DNA of 64,000 bases, taken from positions 8,465,095 through 8,529,094 of the forward strand of contig MU054391.1 in the NCBI GenBank assembly GCA_013239625.1, given 5' to 3'. Each line of letters opens with the position of its first letter. The first letter of the stretch is position 1. A program made the translations under genes and the position numbers. The notes below the pieces were generated by a model, which was not told the DNA's origin, did not search any database, and was given only the letters and a program-made list of their open reading frames with translations. This document shows positions 51,500-64,000 of this stretch, one piece after another. The DNA is from Lama guanicoe. Lineage: Eukaryota.

Positions 51500-52134
51500 C
51501 AGTAAAATTTTTAACTCAGCAAACTGGAAATTTTCAAACACTATTCATTCCAAAGAAAAAACTTGTCCTTGACTAGTTGCTGGGAGATAAATTCAGAACG
51601 CTTGGATCATCCTACCTGATAAAAAGTGTATTTCTGTATATCTGAGACCTTGAGTCACACCAGATAGTTGCTACTAACAATACAATTTACGGCAAATGTT
51701 TATTTTTGTTCACCTGAAACTGGGCCATGCTGTATCAGTTTGACCTTTGGGAGAGGGGTGGAGACTGAGATTACCTAAGGTGCTTCATGACATGTGACTG
51801 ACTCTGGATAAAAAATCCTGGCCACAAAGCTCAGTTGAGCTTCCCTGATTGGCAATATTTCATGCATTTTGTGGCACATCATTGCTGGGTAAATGAATTG
51901 CTGTGTATAGAACTAAACTGGGAGAAGTCCGTTGGAAGCGTGTGCCTGCACTTTCCTAAATCCCACTTTATGTATCTGTTACCTTTGCTGATTTTAATCT
52001 GTACCCTTTCACTGTAAAAAAACAAAAACAAAACAAAACAAAAATAAACTGTGAGTGTAACAGCTTTATTTAGTTCTATGAGTCTTTTTCAGAAAACAAC
52101 CCAACATGAGAGGGTTATGAAGACCCCTGCCACA
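51498..52134 (+). mobile_element. LTR of the MER21/MER77 group
   Basis: cattccaaagaaa...ccttgactagttgctgggagataa; aagctcagttgagcttccctgattggcaat; cctttgctgattttaatctgtaccctttcactgtaa; ends gaagacccctgccaca. Confidence 0.8.
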
Positions 52135-52264
52135 GTGGCCCTGAAATCATAGTTACAAACTGGGAACAGTATTTCATGGTCTCAGCAAGATCGCAACAGT
52201 CCCCAATTTGACATCAAAGTCTTGTTCTAAAAGGAGACAGGGATGGTGATAAAACAAAAAGATT

Positions 52265-53135
52265 CACTTCTACATGTGTACCAATTTCCTCCCTTTTTAA
52301 AGTCTGAATAGTATTTTAAGTATCTACCACATCTTATTTATCCATTCACCTGTCAATGTACACTTAGGTTTCTTTGAGACTTAGTTTTAATTATTTTGAG
52401 TATATACCCAGAAATGCATTTGCTGGATCATAATAGTAATGCTATTTTTTTAGTTTTTTGAAAAATTGCCATACTTCTTTTTTTCCACAATGGCTACACA
52501 TTTTTATATTCCCACCAACGATGCACAAGGAATCCAGTTTCTCCATAGTCTTGTTAATGCCTGTCATTTTCTTTAATCGTAGCCATCCTAATAGATATGA
52601 AGTGGTATTTCATTATGATTTGATTTTCTTTTCCATCATTAGTAACGTTTAACAGCTTTTCATGGTCACATTGGTTATTTGTATATCTTCTTTGGGGAAA
52701 TGTCGATTCTAGTCATTTTTTTCTATTTTATTTTAGTTGTGTTGTTTGTTTTCTGTTGCTGTTGAATAGAAGGAGTTCTTTATATATTCCAGATAGTAGC
52801 TCTGTATCACATATATTATTTGGAAATATTTTTGCCCACTTTGTACATTGCCTTTATATTCTGTAATCATGTCATTTAATGCACAGACATTTTAAAATTT
52901 GATGTAGTCTATTTTACTTATTTTTTATCTTGTTTTCTGTACTTCTGCTGTCATATTCAAGAAATAATTTCCAAATATAATGCCATAAAACTTTTACTCA
53001 ATATTTTCTCCTAAGAGTTCTACAGTTTTAGGTCTTATGGGTATTGGGTCCATTTTGAGTTAATTTTTTATATGGTATAAGGTAAAGGCCCAACTTTATT
53101 CTTTTGCATGTTGAGTTCCAGTTTTCCTATACATG
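52265..53135 (-). mobile_element. L1 (L1MA/MB-like) ORF2 3' fragment
   Basis: gtatatacccagaaatg; attcccaccaacgatgcacaagg; tatatcttctttggggaaatgtc; ccattttgagttaattttttatatggtataaggtaa. Confidence 0.88.
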
Positions 53136-53559
53136 ATGATTTTGATTCACTGAATTAATTTGGTGATCCACTAAGAATTACAAGCTTCAATGGGAAACAC
53201 TTCACAAAATATAGGTAGAGGTGTTGAACACTACTTTATCAAAATAATCTAAAATATCTACCCACTGATTTCAACTACTAAAGTATTTTAACACTGTATG
53301 TGATAAGGTCTATGTTTTTTTCACCAATTCAAACTTAAATTCCATTCCTGCAAAACAACTTCAATATCTAGATTAATTAATATTCCCTACCTAAGTTTAT
53401 ATTACTTCTTTGTTTCTATAGTCTCCTATTTCCAAACATCTTTATGCTTCAGTAATTGACATTTCAAATTGAGCTTAGATGCCATATTTGAAAGAGTCAT
53501 TCTCTTCTCTTCCTCAGTGATTGCCACATACACATTTAGTTAGGTACAGATCCCATACA

Positions 53560-56500
53560 AATGGGAAATGGAAATTTTAATCCCTGCCAAGTGATAACAA
53601 GTCCACCGCCTCCCTCTCACAGTGGAGAGAGATTTCTACTGTCACTTGCAATCAAGAGTCACCCCTTCTTCTTCCTAATGGAGTTGGTTTGGAGGAACAT
53701 TAGTGGAGAGTCAAAACTTTTCCATTTCCCTGAAGTAACGAGGCCACCCCATACTTGATGTCAGTAGAGGCTTGCACAAGAAAAGCAACAAGGCACTCTT
53801 AACTCTTCCCATCCAAGCTATTATCAGTGGAGACCTAGTGGGGAGCCAGAAATTCCACTCACACTCAGCAGCAATGAGGATCTGCTCCTGAAACAAAGTA
53901 GAGGCCAAAAGTGAAATCTGACTGTCTATCCTCACCATGTAGTAACAGACGTCCTCCCTTCCCATGCCAGAGCAGTCTCAGGAAAAGGAAGCTAAAACAT
54001 CAGGCTTAGATAAGATGCAGAGATTCATAATATAATACCCGAAACATCCAATCCATTAAAACCAAGAACCAGAAAGAACGAAAAGAATGAATGAAATGAT
54101 AATTAGTAAATGCTAATGCCCAAAATGACAGAGACCCTACATTAGTCATAAAGATTTTAAAGCAGACATAAAGAAGTACTTTAATAAACAAATACAAACA
54201 TGCATAAATAAATTTTAAAAAACAGCAAGTCTCAGAAAGGAAATAAAGAAGGGACAAAAATTTTAGAAATGTAAAATACAATAATAAGAATAATAACCCT
54301 CAATAAATAGGTTTAATAAAATAATGAAGAGGATAAAAACATCAGTCAAGTCAGGACAGAATAATAAAAATAACCCAAACTGAAAAATTGAGCAAAAATA
54401 GAAAAAAAAGAAAAAAATGTAAATTTTTGACATTAGAGTCCTGAAAAAAAATGAAAGAGAGAGAAGGATTAAAAAAGTACTAGAAAAAATAATGTCTGAG
54501 TGCTTCCTAAATATGAAAAAAAAATAACAAGACACCTACAATTTCAAGAAGCTAAGAAAACTCCTAACAGTATAATCTCCAAGAGAACTAGACCAAGACA
54601 CAGAACTGTCAAATCTCTGTGAATACCAAAAGCAAGGAAACAGTTTGAGTGTGGGAGAGAAACCACACCTTATCCTTAGGGGAAAAATGATTTGAATGGC
54701 AGTGGATTTGTCATTAAAAAAAAAAAAAGTGGGTTAAAGGAAGGTGGTACATTTTTTAAGTGATGAAAGACAAGAACTGTCAACCTAGAATCTTAGATCC
54801 ACAGAGTATATCCTTCAGAAGTGAAAGGGAAATCAAGATAGACTCTGATAAAGGAAAACTAAGAGAATCTGTCACCAGCAGACCTACTCTAAATGCATGG
54901 CTATTTCAAGTTACCTAAGAAGAAGGAAGACAATAAAAGGAGGTACCTGTGAAGATCAGGAAGGAAGAACGCACAAAACACACATGGGTAAATAAACTTT
55001 TCTCCTTTCTTGAGTTCTTTAAGTTTTATCTGATAATTGAAGAAAAATTATAACACTGTCAGATGCGGTTCTAAATGTATGTAGGCAAATATTTAAGATA
55101 TTTATAGTATAAATGGGAGCATAAAAGGATGTGAAGAGAAGCAAGGTTTCTACGCCACTCACTCCAGTAAACTAATGGCACATGTAGACTATGACACATT
55201 ATAGACATAGAATCTCATATGTAGATCAAACACTAATAAAGCTACAAAAAAGGAAATATACTCAAAGATTCTGACATAAATCAAAACAGAATTCTAAAAA
55301 TTGTTCAACTAACCCACAAGAAGGGAGGAAAAGGTAAATATAAAAGAAAACGAGAAGGAACAAACAGAAAACAACAAAATAAAATGGAAGACTTAAGCAT
55401 GAGTCTATCAATAATGACATTAAACGACATTAAATGTAAATAATTTAAAGACACGAATGCAAAGACAGAGATTGGCAAAGTGGATTAAAATGTCTGACCC
55501 ATCTACAAGAAACTCATCTTAAATATAATAATATAGGTGATGTGAATGTAAAAGGATGCAAAAAGTTATGCAAAATTTGAAAGCAGGAATGTCTATATTA
55601 ACATCAGTTAAAAGACTTTAGTGCAGTGACAATTACCCAAGATAAAGAAGGATATTATATAGGGTAAAAGGAGTAATCCAGCTATAAGACAAAATAATCC
55701 TAAATGTGTATGCAGAAAACAACATAGCCACAAAACATCTGAAGGAGAAACTGATAGAACTGAAAAAGCAATAAATAGTTTTACAAACAATTGACAGAAA
55801 AACTAGAATGAAAATCAGCATGAGTATAGAAGAATTCAACATCGTCAAACAGTAAGTCTAATAGACATTTGTAGCACATTCTACCCAACAGCAGCTGAAT
55901 ATACTTTAATTGCAAATGCTCCCAGAACAAACATATACCAACTTAGAGCATATGCTGGGGCATTAAAAAAATAATTCTCAATAAATTAAAATAATTGAAA
56001 TACAGAGAGTGTGTTTTGTCAACAAAATGGGATCAAAGTAGAAATCAATACCAGAAAAATAACAGAAAAATCTCCAAACATTTGGAAAGTAAACAACATA
56101 CTTGTAAATAATACATGGGTCCAAGAGATGGTATCAAGGGAAATAAAAAATGCAATGAATTGAAAGAAGATAAATACAACATATAAAATTTTGTGAGACA
56201 GAGAAAAAGCAGTGTTGAGAGAGAAATTCATAACATTAATGTATACAGTAAGAAATAGAAAAGTTCTCAAATCAATAATCTAAGTTTGCACAACAGGAAA
56301 CTACAAAAACAAGGGCAAAATAAACCCATAGCAAGTAAAGAGCCAATTAGGAATTGAGCAAAATACATAAAGAGACATTCCACTGAAGAGGATATACAGA
56401 TGACAAATAAACACATGAAAATATGTGCACTATCATTAGCTATTACAGAGATTCAAATAAAAATACTACAATGATATATAATCAGACACTAAAATAAAAA

Positions 56501-57265
56501 AATAAGTTAGCATCACCAAATCCTTGCAAGAATGCAGAGAAATTGTGTCATTCATATATGGATTGCCGATGGGAAGGCAAAATTGTATAACGTTCCTGGA
56601 AAACATTTTGGGACTTTCCTACATAACTAACTTAACCTAGTGATTGCACCCCTGGGCATATATTTATTCCAGAAAAATGAAAACTTAACATCACACAGAA
56701 ATCTGTACATTAATGTTTACAGCAGTTTTGTTCTTAATAGCCACAGCCTGGAAACAATACAGATGGCCTCTGATGAGTGAATGGATAAACAAAACATGGT
56801 ACATACATGCCGTGGAATATGAGTCTAAATAAAAAGAAAGAAACTATTGATATACACAGTAGTCTGGATGAGTCTCCAGGCAACTACAATGTGTGAAAAA
56901 AAATCAAATGGTTACACATAATATAATACCATTTACATAACATTGTTAAAATGACAAAATTATAGGAACGGAGACTAGATTAGTGGTTGCCAGGGGTGGA
57001 GGAGGCGTTGAAATTAGAAGAGAAATGGGAGTGGATATAAAAGGATAACATGAGGGATCTTTTTGGTGATGGAATGTTAAGTACCTTAACTGTATCAATA
57101 TCAGTATTCTATGTGTTATTGTAGTCTTGTTTTACAAGATGTGATCCTTGGTAAAAATGGGTAAAGGCTAAAACAAATCACTCCATTATTTCTTACTACT
57201 GCATTTAAATAAATAATTATTTCAAAATTCACAATAAAGTATAAAAAAAAGTCAATTAAAATAAA
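53560..57265 (+). mobile_element. L1MD-like element: 5'UTR remnant, ORF1, inter-ORF, ORF2 endonuclease, large internal deletion near 56340, 3'UTR
   Basis: More GC-rich 5' part. ORF1 motifs (tgtcaacctagaatctt, tccttcagaagtgaaagggaaatcaaga). ORF2 motifs (atcctaaatgtgtatgca, tctccaaacatttggaaa). L1MD-type 3'UTR (tataaaaggataacatgagggatc, ttacaagatgtgatcc, ttatttcttactactgca). Confidence 0.85.
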
Positions 57266-57954
57266 TAATAGAAAAATAAGCAATAGCAATCTCTAGATTT
57301 TGTTTCATTTCGAATTTATCCACATTCAAAGTCTGATTTTAGAGAGAATAACGTAGAACAAAGCCTATGTGTCACATTTAAATTTATAAATTTATTACAA
57401 TAACTTTCTGTCCTTCAGCCTAATTTTAATATAATATTCTTATGCACTGTTTATGTTCGCTTTTCACAATTATGTGCGTAGTGCAGTGACCTCTGAAAAA
57501 GAGCACTCAAGTGGAAAGTGGTGGTAACACTTACCATATATAATCATTAATATACTTGTCTGGCACCTTCAACAGAATGCAAATTATATGTTTTATTCCT
57601 AGATATATACAGTTTTTATTTCATGACAATCTTTTATATATGTCTATTTAATGAAAGAGTGAGTTTGCATTTTAATTCTGCCACTTGCTACCTAAAAAAA
57701 TTATATTTTCTGACTGTAATATCACTGTCTATACATGAAATTCTATCAAGTGCAGATCATTTATGCTTGTATGGCTCTGGCAACTGCTAAACATAATTAG
57801 AAAAATTTCAGGTCAGTTTTCATTATCAGTCCTTATGAATTAATTTTAACAGAATGAGAAGGCAGGATTCAGGAATCTGTGTCGAAGACAAAGTCAGAAA
57901 GTAGAAAAAAAACTTGACTGAACAACTGGGGTCAATGTTATCAGAGGCAAATTT

Positions 57955-58160
57955 TTAGAATACAAAGATCCATATATTAAACTCCTAGTTCTGACATTTT
58001 CAATGAGTGGTCTTAGACAAATCTTAAAAGAAATTTTCATTTTCTTCATCTATCAAACTGGATGATATTCCTTAACTCGTGTGATTGCTGTGAGTATGAA
58101 GTGTGATACTGGAGGGGAAGGTACTTTGTAATGTACTGAACATACAGCAGGTGTTCTTCT
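57955..58160 (+). mobile_element. MIR SINE
   Basis: ctcctagttctgacatt...gtggtcttagacaaatctt...cattttcttcatctatcaaactggatgat...gattgctgtgagtatgaagtgtgata. Confidence 0.7.
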
Positions 58161-59199
58161 AGATTTTGCTTAAGAGATTTGTTAAAAATCTTTTCTCAAC
58201 ACTATGAATCAAAGATGAGATCCCGTTTTAAACTAGCATGTTTTTAACTAGCCATTAGTGAACACCTAGAAACCCCTAAAGTGACTCATTTGAGCAGGGC
58301 TGGCGAAACTGGAAGATAGAGTCAAGAAAAGAGATAAAAGGGATGATCACTGAAAATAAATAAGAGATATTAGAGATGTAATGATCTGCTTAGTCAGAGC
58401 CAAGTCTTGTGTATATTTGGAAAATCTTCAAGGGTGTTTTCTTCTGTAAGTAGCCACAATGACAGAGAAATATCAATATTTTATTAATTAATTATTGGAT
58501 AGTTGAAGGCAGTTTAGAGTTTTCTACTCTGTGTTCTAGGTGCCTGAAAAGTGTCTAATTCAGAGGAGTTTCTATAATTTGCTTGTCAAATGAATGAATG
58601 GATGAATGAAGGACTAAATGTAGGAAACAATGGGTAAATTACTACTGCTCTAGACTTCAACAAGAACAAAACACTCAGACACCTGTGGTACTTTGCTATT
58701 TGGGGAGAAGTTCCTGACGATTTCTTTCTATGCGAGAGGAGATAGCTAACCCAGGAATAATTTAAACTTTTCAAAAAACTGTATCACTTCCCTGGATCCA
58801 TGATGCTCAGACAACAGCCCATATGTCATGAGGCTAAACGACACACATTAGCCTCTTAAAATATATGAGCCAGACATAGATTATTGCCTAAGGGCCTCTC
58901 ATTTTGCCCTGAATGGGGTGTAGATTGTAATGAAAGACCTCTTTGTACAGGGTGTATCCACGCTAAGTCTCTGCAGTTATTGATAAACAAGTGGGTTTGT
59001 TGGAGGTCAGAATGCCTCTGAGTGGGAGCCACAGAGGGAACATTTATCATCAAGTAACATGTCAAAGAAGACCATAGGGCCACTGCAGTGGTTTTTAAGA
59101 ACTTTTGATTTTGGCATGGATCGAGTTATAGAATTAATACATTTTTATAACCATTGTGCCTGATAGAGACTATTTTCCTAACTGTTGTTTGTCCCCAAG

Positions 59200-59790
59200 C
59201 TGCTTCCTCCTCCCAGGTCTACCGCATTGCAGGGGTGATCTTTCTAACGCACCCTGGGTTTAACTGCTTCCGTGCTATCACTTTTCCTTTGAGATAAAGC
59301 CCAAGCTTTAATATGGCGTGCAAGCTCTTAAGGCCTGTCTTCTTCCTTTCTATCCGGTTTCATTCTTCAGTATCCTGTGTCTTAAACTTTATACTCCAGG
59401 AAAAAAACAAAAAAACCCCAAAAACTTAGCAGTTCCTGTGGGAGTCCATGCTTTGGTACCGTCATTCTTTCAGTCCCCTTTGTCTGAAATGCTCTACCTC
59501 CTCAACCTCTTTTGGAGAACACAAAGTCATCTCTCAAGATTTAACTGAGTATCTCCTTCAGGAATTCTTCCCTGAACTGTCTAATTTGGTAAAACAACCC
59601 CTCCACATAGTTCACTCCTTGTGCATGTATTTTTCATGGCACTTAACATATTGAAATTTTCTCATTACATCTTTGTCTTCCTCATTGTACATTAGCAAAG
59701 GAAAAGCACATTCAAATTCGTCTTTGAATCTCGTGGGCTTGGTGAGTATTCAGAAATGTGCTCAATGATATTTACTGAAATTGATTCAAA
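59200..59790 (+). mobile_element. L2 3' fragment
   Basis: ggggtgatctttctaa; gataaagcccaagctttaatatggc; tctccttcaggaattcttccctgaa; tgtgctcaatgatatttactgaa tail. Confidence 0.65.
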
Positions 59791-61544
59791 TAAGTGCTAA
59801 GAAATAATCTCTTTAAATGGAATACCATCTGGCAGGCTGAGGGCTATCTTTCCTGAGATAAAAATCAAAAACAAACAGACAAACAAACAACACCATTAAA
59901 CGTTTAACATAAGGATTACAGCCAGTGATCTTTTGGAAAACAAATAGGTTAATTTATGCAGTGGTATAAAAGGTTATATTCCAGGCCTTCCAAATTTCAA
60001 TAGACATAAAATGTTTATATTGATGTCATGCAAGAGCCTTGATTCACTTTTCTGTAGTGAGTGTGCCTGCTTTGTTTTATTTTATTTCTTGAAAAAAGCT
60101 GTTATGTATTCTACAACACTCGAGGGATTATTTCTTTTTAAACTGAGCTTCTTTAATTTCAGATACATAAATTGGCTATAATTCAGAGTGAAATGTGTCA
60201 TTATAGTCTAACAGCATTTATAAATGTTCATAGATGTTAAATTATAAGCCATTCAGCCACTTTAAAGAATGCATGCACATGTACATTGGGCAGCATATAA
60301 TGAGAAAATTTATCTTCATATTTGGCTGCACCATCTATTTTCATTCCCTGGACTACTTTAATTCATCATTTAAACCTGGTTCTAAATCTTCTACTGAAAA
60401 ATAAAATTTCTAATGGGGCCAATTGGGGCTGGCAAACACAAGTATGTAGGTGCTTATCTGTACAGGCGAATATGTGATTAAAATGCTGCAGGCATCTCTT
60501 AATATTTTACTCTTGTCCAATGTACCTAAAACACATACTTTAAAACAATGATTACCATTACTAATATTTTATCTACGGTAGTTCCTTGAGTAATCTTACC
60601 TCCACGTCCAAATGATTTTACTTTATTAAAGGAATATCCCCTTGCTTATGCTGTTGCTCTTTTTCTTGTTTTAGTACATGAATTGCATAATTCATTGACT
60701 TGGAAAGGAAGTTTCCCTAGTAAGTGCCTATAGTAAGTTCTTAATCGGTTGAGCAATGTAATTCCCCAACAAAATGATATGTTGGTATTCTCTGTGTTCT
60801 CTTTGACTAAGCAATGTTTATATTCACATTCTTTCTGGAATATAGGTTGGTCAAAATCCATCATGGTACGGTGGTAGAGCAGGAAATGATGAGTAATTCA
60901 ATTCTTTATTCATAAAGAAGAGGAAAATGTATGTAAGATCCCAATAGGCAAAATAAATAGGAACGTAACTGCTCCGGTGGGGTGAAGGGAAGGGACTTCA
61001 GTCCCAGACATACAGGCTCCTGCTTGCCACCGTGGTGGATTTTGAGATTCTAATGAGCACAATTTAGAAAACTAAGGTGCAGATCACTATTAGTCCTGAT
61101 AGTAACCAGTAAAAGCATATTAGTAGAGACTTATTTCTACATATATAAATATGTTCATATATAACAGGCTCTAAATATCAAGAAAATTCTGGAAAACAGA
61201 TCAGGGAAAGAAAAGACTTTAGGCATAACATTGTCTTTCCATTAACACTGCCACTGTCTCGATAGTCTTCATTTATACGGTTTAGTTTTGAGATGTTAAC
61301 TCATTTATAAGCAGTTATGCTTACAAGCATCTTTATAAACATGATTTCCTAGATACTATGGTCTTTCATTTGAGAATGAAACATAGTGACAATGACCTAC
61401 TGTATCCTTCTTCCTGAATATCTGATGAATCTGTCATATTAAAAATTTTTAAACCTTACTTTATCAATTTAACCTTAATATTTATTAATTTGTACATGTA
61501 TGTGTGTATGTGTGTGCGTGCATTCTTACATACTGACATTACCC

Positions 61545-61780
61545 TTGACACAGTTGCCCAATTTAGGAATCTGAGAGTCGTTTTGACTTCAAACATAACT
61601 TTTGCTCCACTCAAACATCTATACATTCAACTTATTACTGAGCCTTACAGATTGCCACTGCAATAATCTCTTGCACCTGTATTTTCCATTCTAATTTAAA
61701 CCATTTGAATTCAGTTCCTCATTATCTTCTGCCCATGCGAAGACTGCAGTAAATCATCTAAACTATAATAATTCTAATTT
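61545..61780 (+). mobile_element. L2 fragment
   Basis: gttgcccaatttaggaatctgagagtcgttttgacttc...ctgcaataatctcttgcacctg...ttcctcattatcttctgccc. Confidence 0.55.
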
Positions 61781-63164
61781 ACATAAATATTTTCCTATTA
61801 TTGCATTCTATATAGTTTTAATTTTTAAATAATTATTAATACTATTTGTGCAGAAACAGCTACTTTCCATATTGGTTCTTCGTGAAAGCCCATTAGGATT
61901 TCTGTAACAGTACGGCGCTCACTTAATCTGTGTTTTCAAGGAGTGAAATATATTCTCAAAAATGGTGGCAATTTATCAATTTGTTTTGGACCATAAAGCA
62001 AAGGTCGCATCAATTAGTAGAATAATAGTGTGGAAGCTCCAAATATTAATCAAACACTTGAAAGTATCACCACAAGTTCAGATAAATCTGGGATGATGTT
62101 AATCGTTTACTGTCAGGATGTTATGGATAAATCTGGTATTTCATCTACTTTCATATAATAGTATATGCTAATATAAATACCCAAGCATTGAACCTGCCTA
62201 TTTCAAGTACGTGTTTGTTGTTGTTGTAAGTCCAACTAGAGAATTTAAAATATTATACATTTTAGTAGGAGGGAAAATTGGTAAAGATTATTTCAAAGCT
62301 GATGGCTCATGTAACTGGATGAAAGATTACATCAACCACAGAAACCACAGAAAGGTTGAATATGACTAAATTTTAAATAAAAGGTTGTAAATTAGAATTT
62401 TTTACTTACTGAGTTTGGTAAACTGTCAAGAATCCAAGAATATTTAAGTAGTCAGTTTGGTACATAGATGTGGAGGTTAAAGGAGCTATCTGTGATGGAG
62501 GTGCATTTCTGGATTATCTGAATGTAGGTTATTCTGGCTATGAATGAGGTTCTTTAGGGAGAAACATATTCTAAATGATTTGTAGAGATATAATTAAATG
62601 GTCATGATGTAATGAGACAAAGTGCAGAAAGCAAAGATTTCTATTTTATAGGAAACAAACAAATGTTTACCTTTGTGTAGTAAGAGAAAGGATGTGTGCA
62701 AAGAAAGACTTCAGTTAATTCATCTACATAAAAATAACATATATGCATGTATATGTGGAGAATACATATATATATTAAGCTCTGTTTATTTTTGAAATTC
62801 TCCCACATTATGTTATAATTGTATATTATTTTAATACTCTAAACAACATCATTACAAGTTAGAGAAAGTAAATGTTTAATCTGTCATTTCATGTAAGAAT
62901 GGGATAGTTCGAATGACAAAGTATAAAATAGGGATAATACTGTGATAATCTCTAAGATATAAAATTTTTATATGAGTAAGGTTAATTCAAACACATGATT
63001 TTTATTTTTAAACAAATTAAATGCAATCTTTAAATACTATCAACGAGAAGCTTGCAGAAACAGGTTCTGCAGGGCGCACAGATGGAGATTCAGGTAGTAA
63101 CACAATGGGAAGAGAAGAGTAATATTAAAATGCAAAAAGGAGATATGGCTTTAAAAGTCAATCG

Positions 63165-64000
63165 AATAAGAAGTGAATAAATGGATACATGTATCATGGA
63201 CAGAGAGGAGTAAATAATACTGTCAGTTTTCTCAAGATGCTCGCCTTTCCCAGCTTGATCTATAGATTCACTGCATTACCCATCAAAATTCCAGCAAGTT
63301 ATTTAATGATTCTCAACAAACTGATTCCACAGTCTGCATGGAGGGGCAAAGTCCCAGAGTTGTCAACACAGTACTGAAGGAGAAGGACCAAGTTGGAGGA
63401 CTGACAACATCGGACTTCAAGACTTGCTCTAAAGATACAGTGATCAAGAGAGTGCAGTATGGATGAAATAACAGACAGATAGATCCACTGAATGGAGGGC
63501 TCAGAAATGCATCCACAGAAATACAGTCAACTGATCCTTGACAAAGAAGCAAAGGCAACAAAGAGAGTAAAGATAGGCACTTCAATGAATGATGCTCAAC
63601 AACCGGATATCCACATGCAAAAAAAAAAAAATCTAGACACAGACCTTTTATCCCTTACAAAAATTAATCCAAAATGGGATACAGATATTAATGTAAAATG
63701 CTATATTATGTAAGTCCTACATGATAACACAGGAAAACTTTGAGATGATATTGAATATGATGATAACTTTTTAGGTACAACACCAAAGACATGAGCCATG
63801 AAAGAAGAATTAATAAGCTGGACTTCATTGAAATGTGAAGCTTCTTCTCTGAAAAAAGATACTGACAAGAGAATGATAAGACAAGTCACCAACTGGAAAA
63901 AACTGCATAGACACATATGATAAAGGACTGTTATCCAAATATTTTGGACCCAAAATCCAAAGAACTCAGTAACAAGAACATGAAAACCCTAATTAAAAAT
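63165..64000 (+). mobile_element. Old L1 ORF2 (post-RT) fragment running off the window end
   Basis: ORF 63189-63377 contains LIYRFTALPIKIP (L1 ORF2 IYRFNAIPIKIP motif); cacagaaatacagtcaactgatccttgacaaag; atgataaaggactgttatccaaa. Confidence 0.9.

Noticed and set aside
60599..60864. Minus-strand ORF followed by a strong donor GAG|GTAAGA near 60599
   Set aside because: An in-frame stop precedes the donor, there is no clear acceptor, and the peptide is not recognised.
1..64000. CRISPR arrays, tRNA/rRNA genes, operons, horizontally acquired or synthetic inserts
   Set aside because: I saw no regularly spaced repeat-spacer array, no structured RNA gene, no long ORF and no compositional block that mammalian repeats do not explain.

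Overview
AT-rich (roughly 35-37% GC by eye), CpG-poor mammalian non-coding DNA, either intergenic or deep inside a large intron. I found no convincing protein-coding exon, RNA gene or CpG-island promoter. The ORF-track entries are short chance ORFs or degraded retroelement remnants. By eye roughly 40-50% of the window is interspersed repeat. Old L1s: an L1MC3-like copy at ~7.7-12.05 kb, an L1MD-like copy retaining its 5' region at ~53.5-57.3 kb, and several 3' fragments. Younger artiodactyl-type L1 3' ends resemble camelid L1s, so the taxon is an inference. LTR elements: an internally deleted two-LTR ERV-L (MLT2) provirus with gag, integrase and dUTPase remnants at 24.3-26.4 kb; two MER41-like solo LTRs with 4-bp TSDs (one nested in an L1); further ERV1 and MER21/77-type LTRs; MaLR MLT1 LTRs. 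DNA transposons: MER20, two MER58B, MER45B and a Tigger1 derivative. There are also many MIR and L2 fragments and microsatellites. Repeat subfamily names come from remembered consensus sequences and need RepeatMasker/Dfam confirmation. I see no evidence for a new biological system. The best second-look items are a CpG-enriched tract inside an ancient L1, the MER41-like pair and LTR cluster, the microhomology-joined ERV-L, one candidate exon and a motif-dense candidate enhancer.
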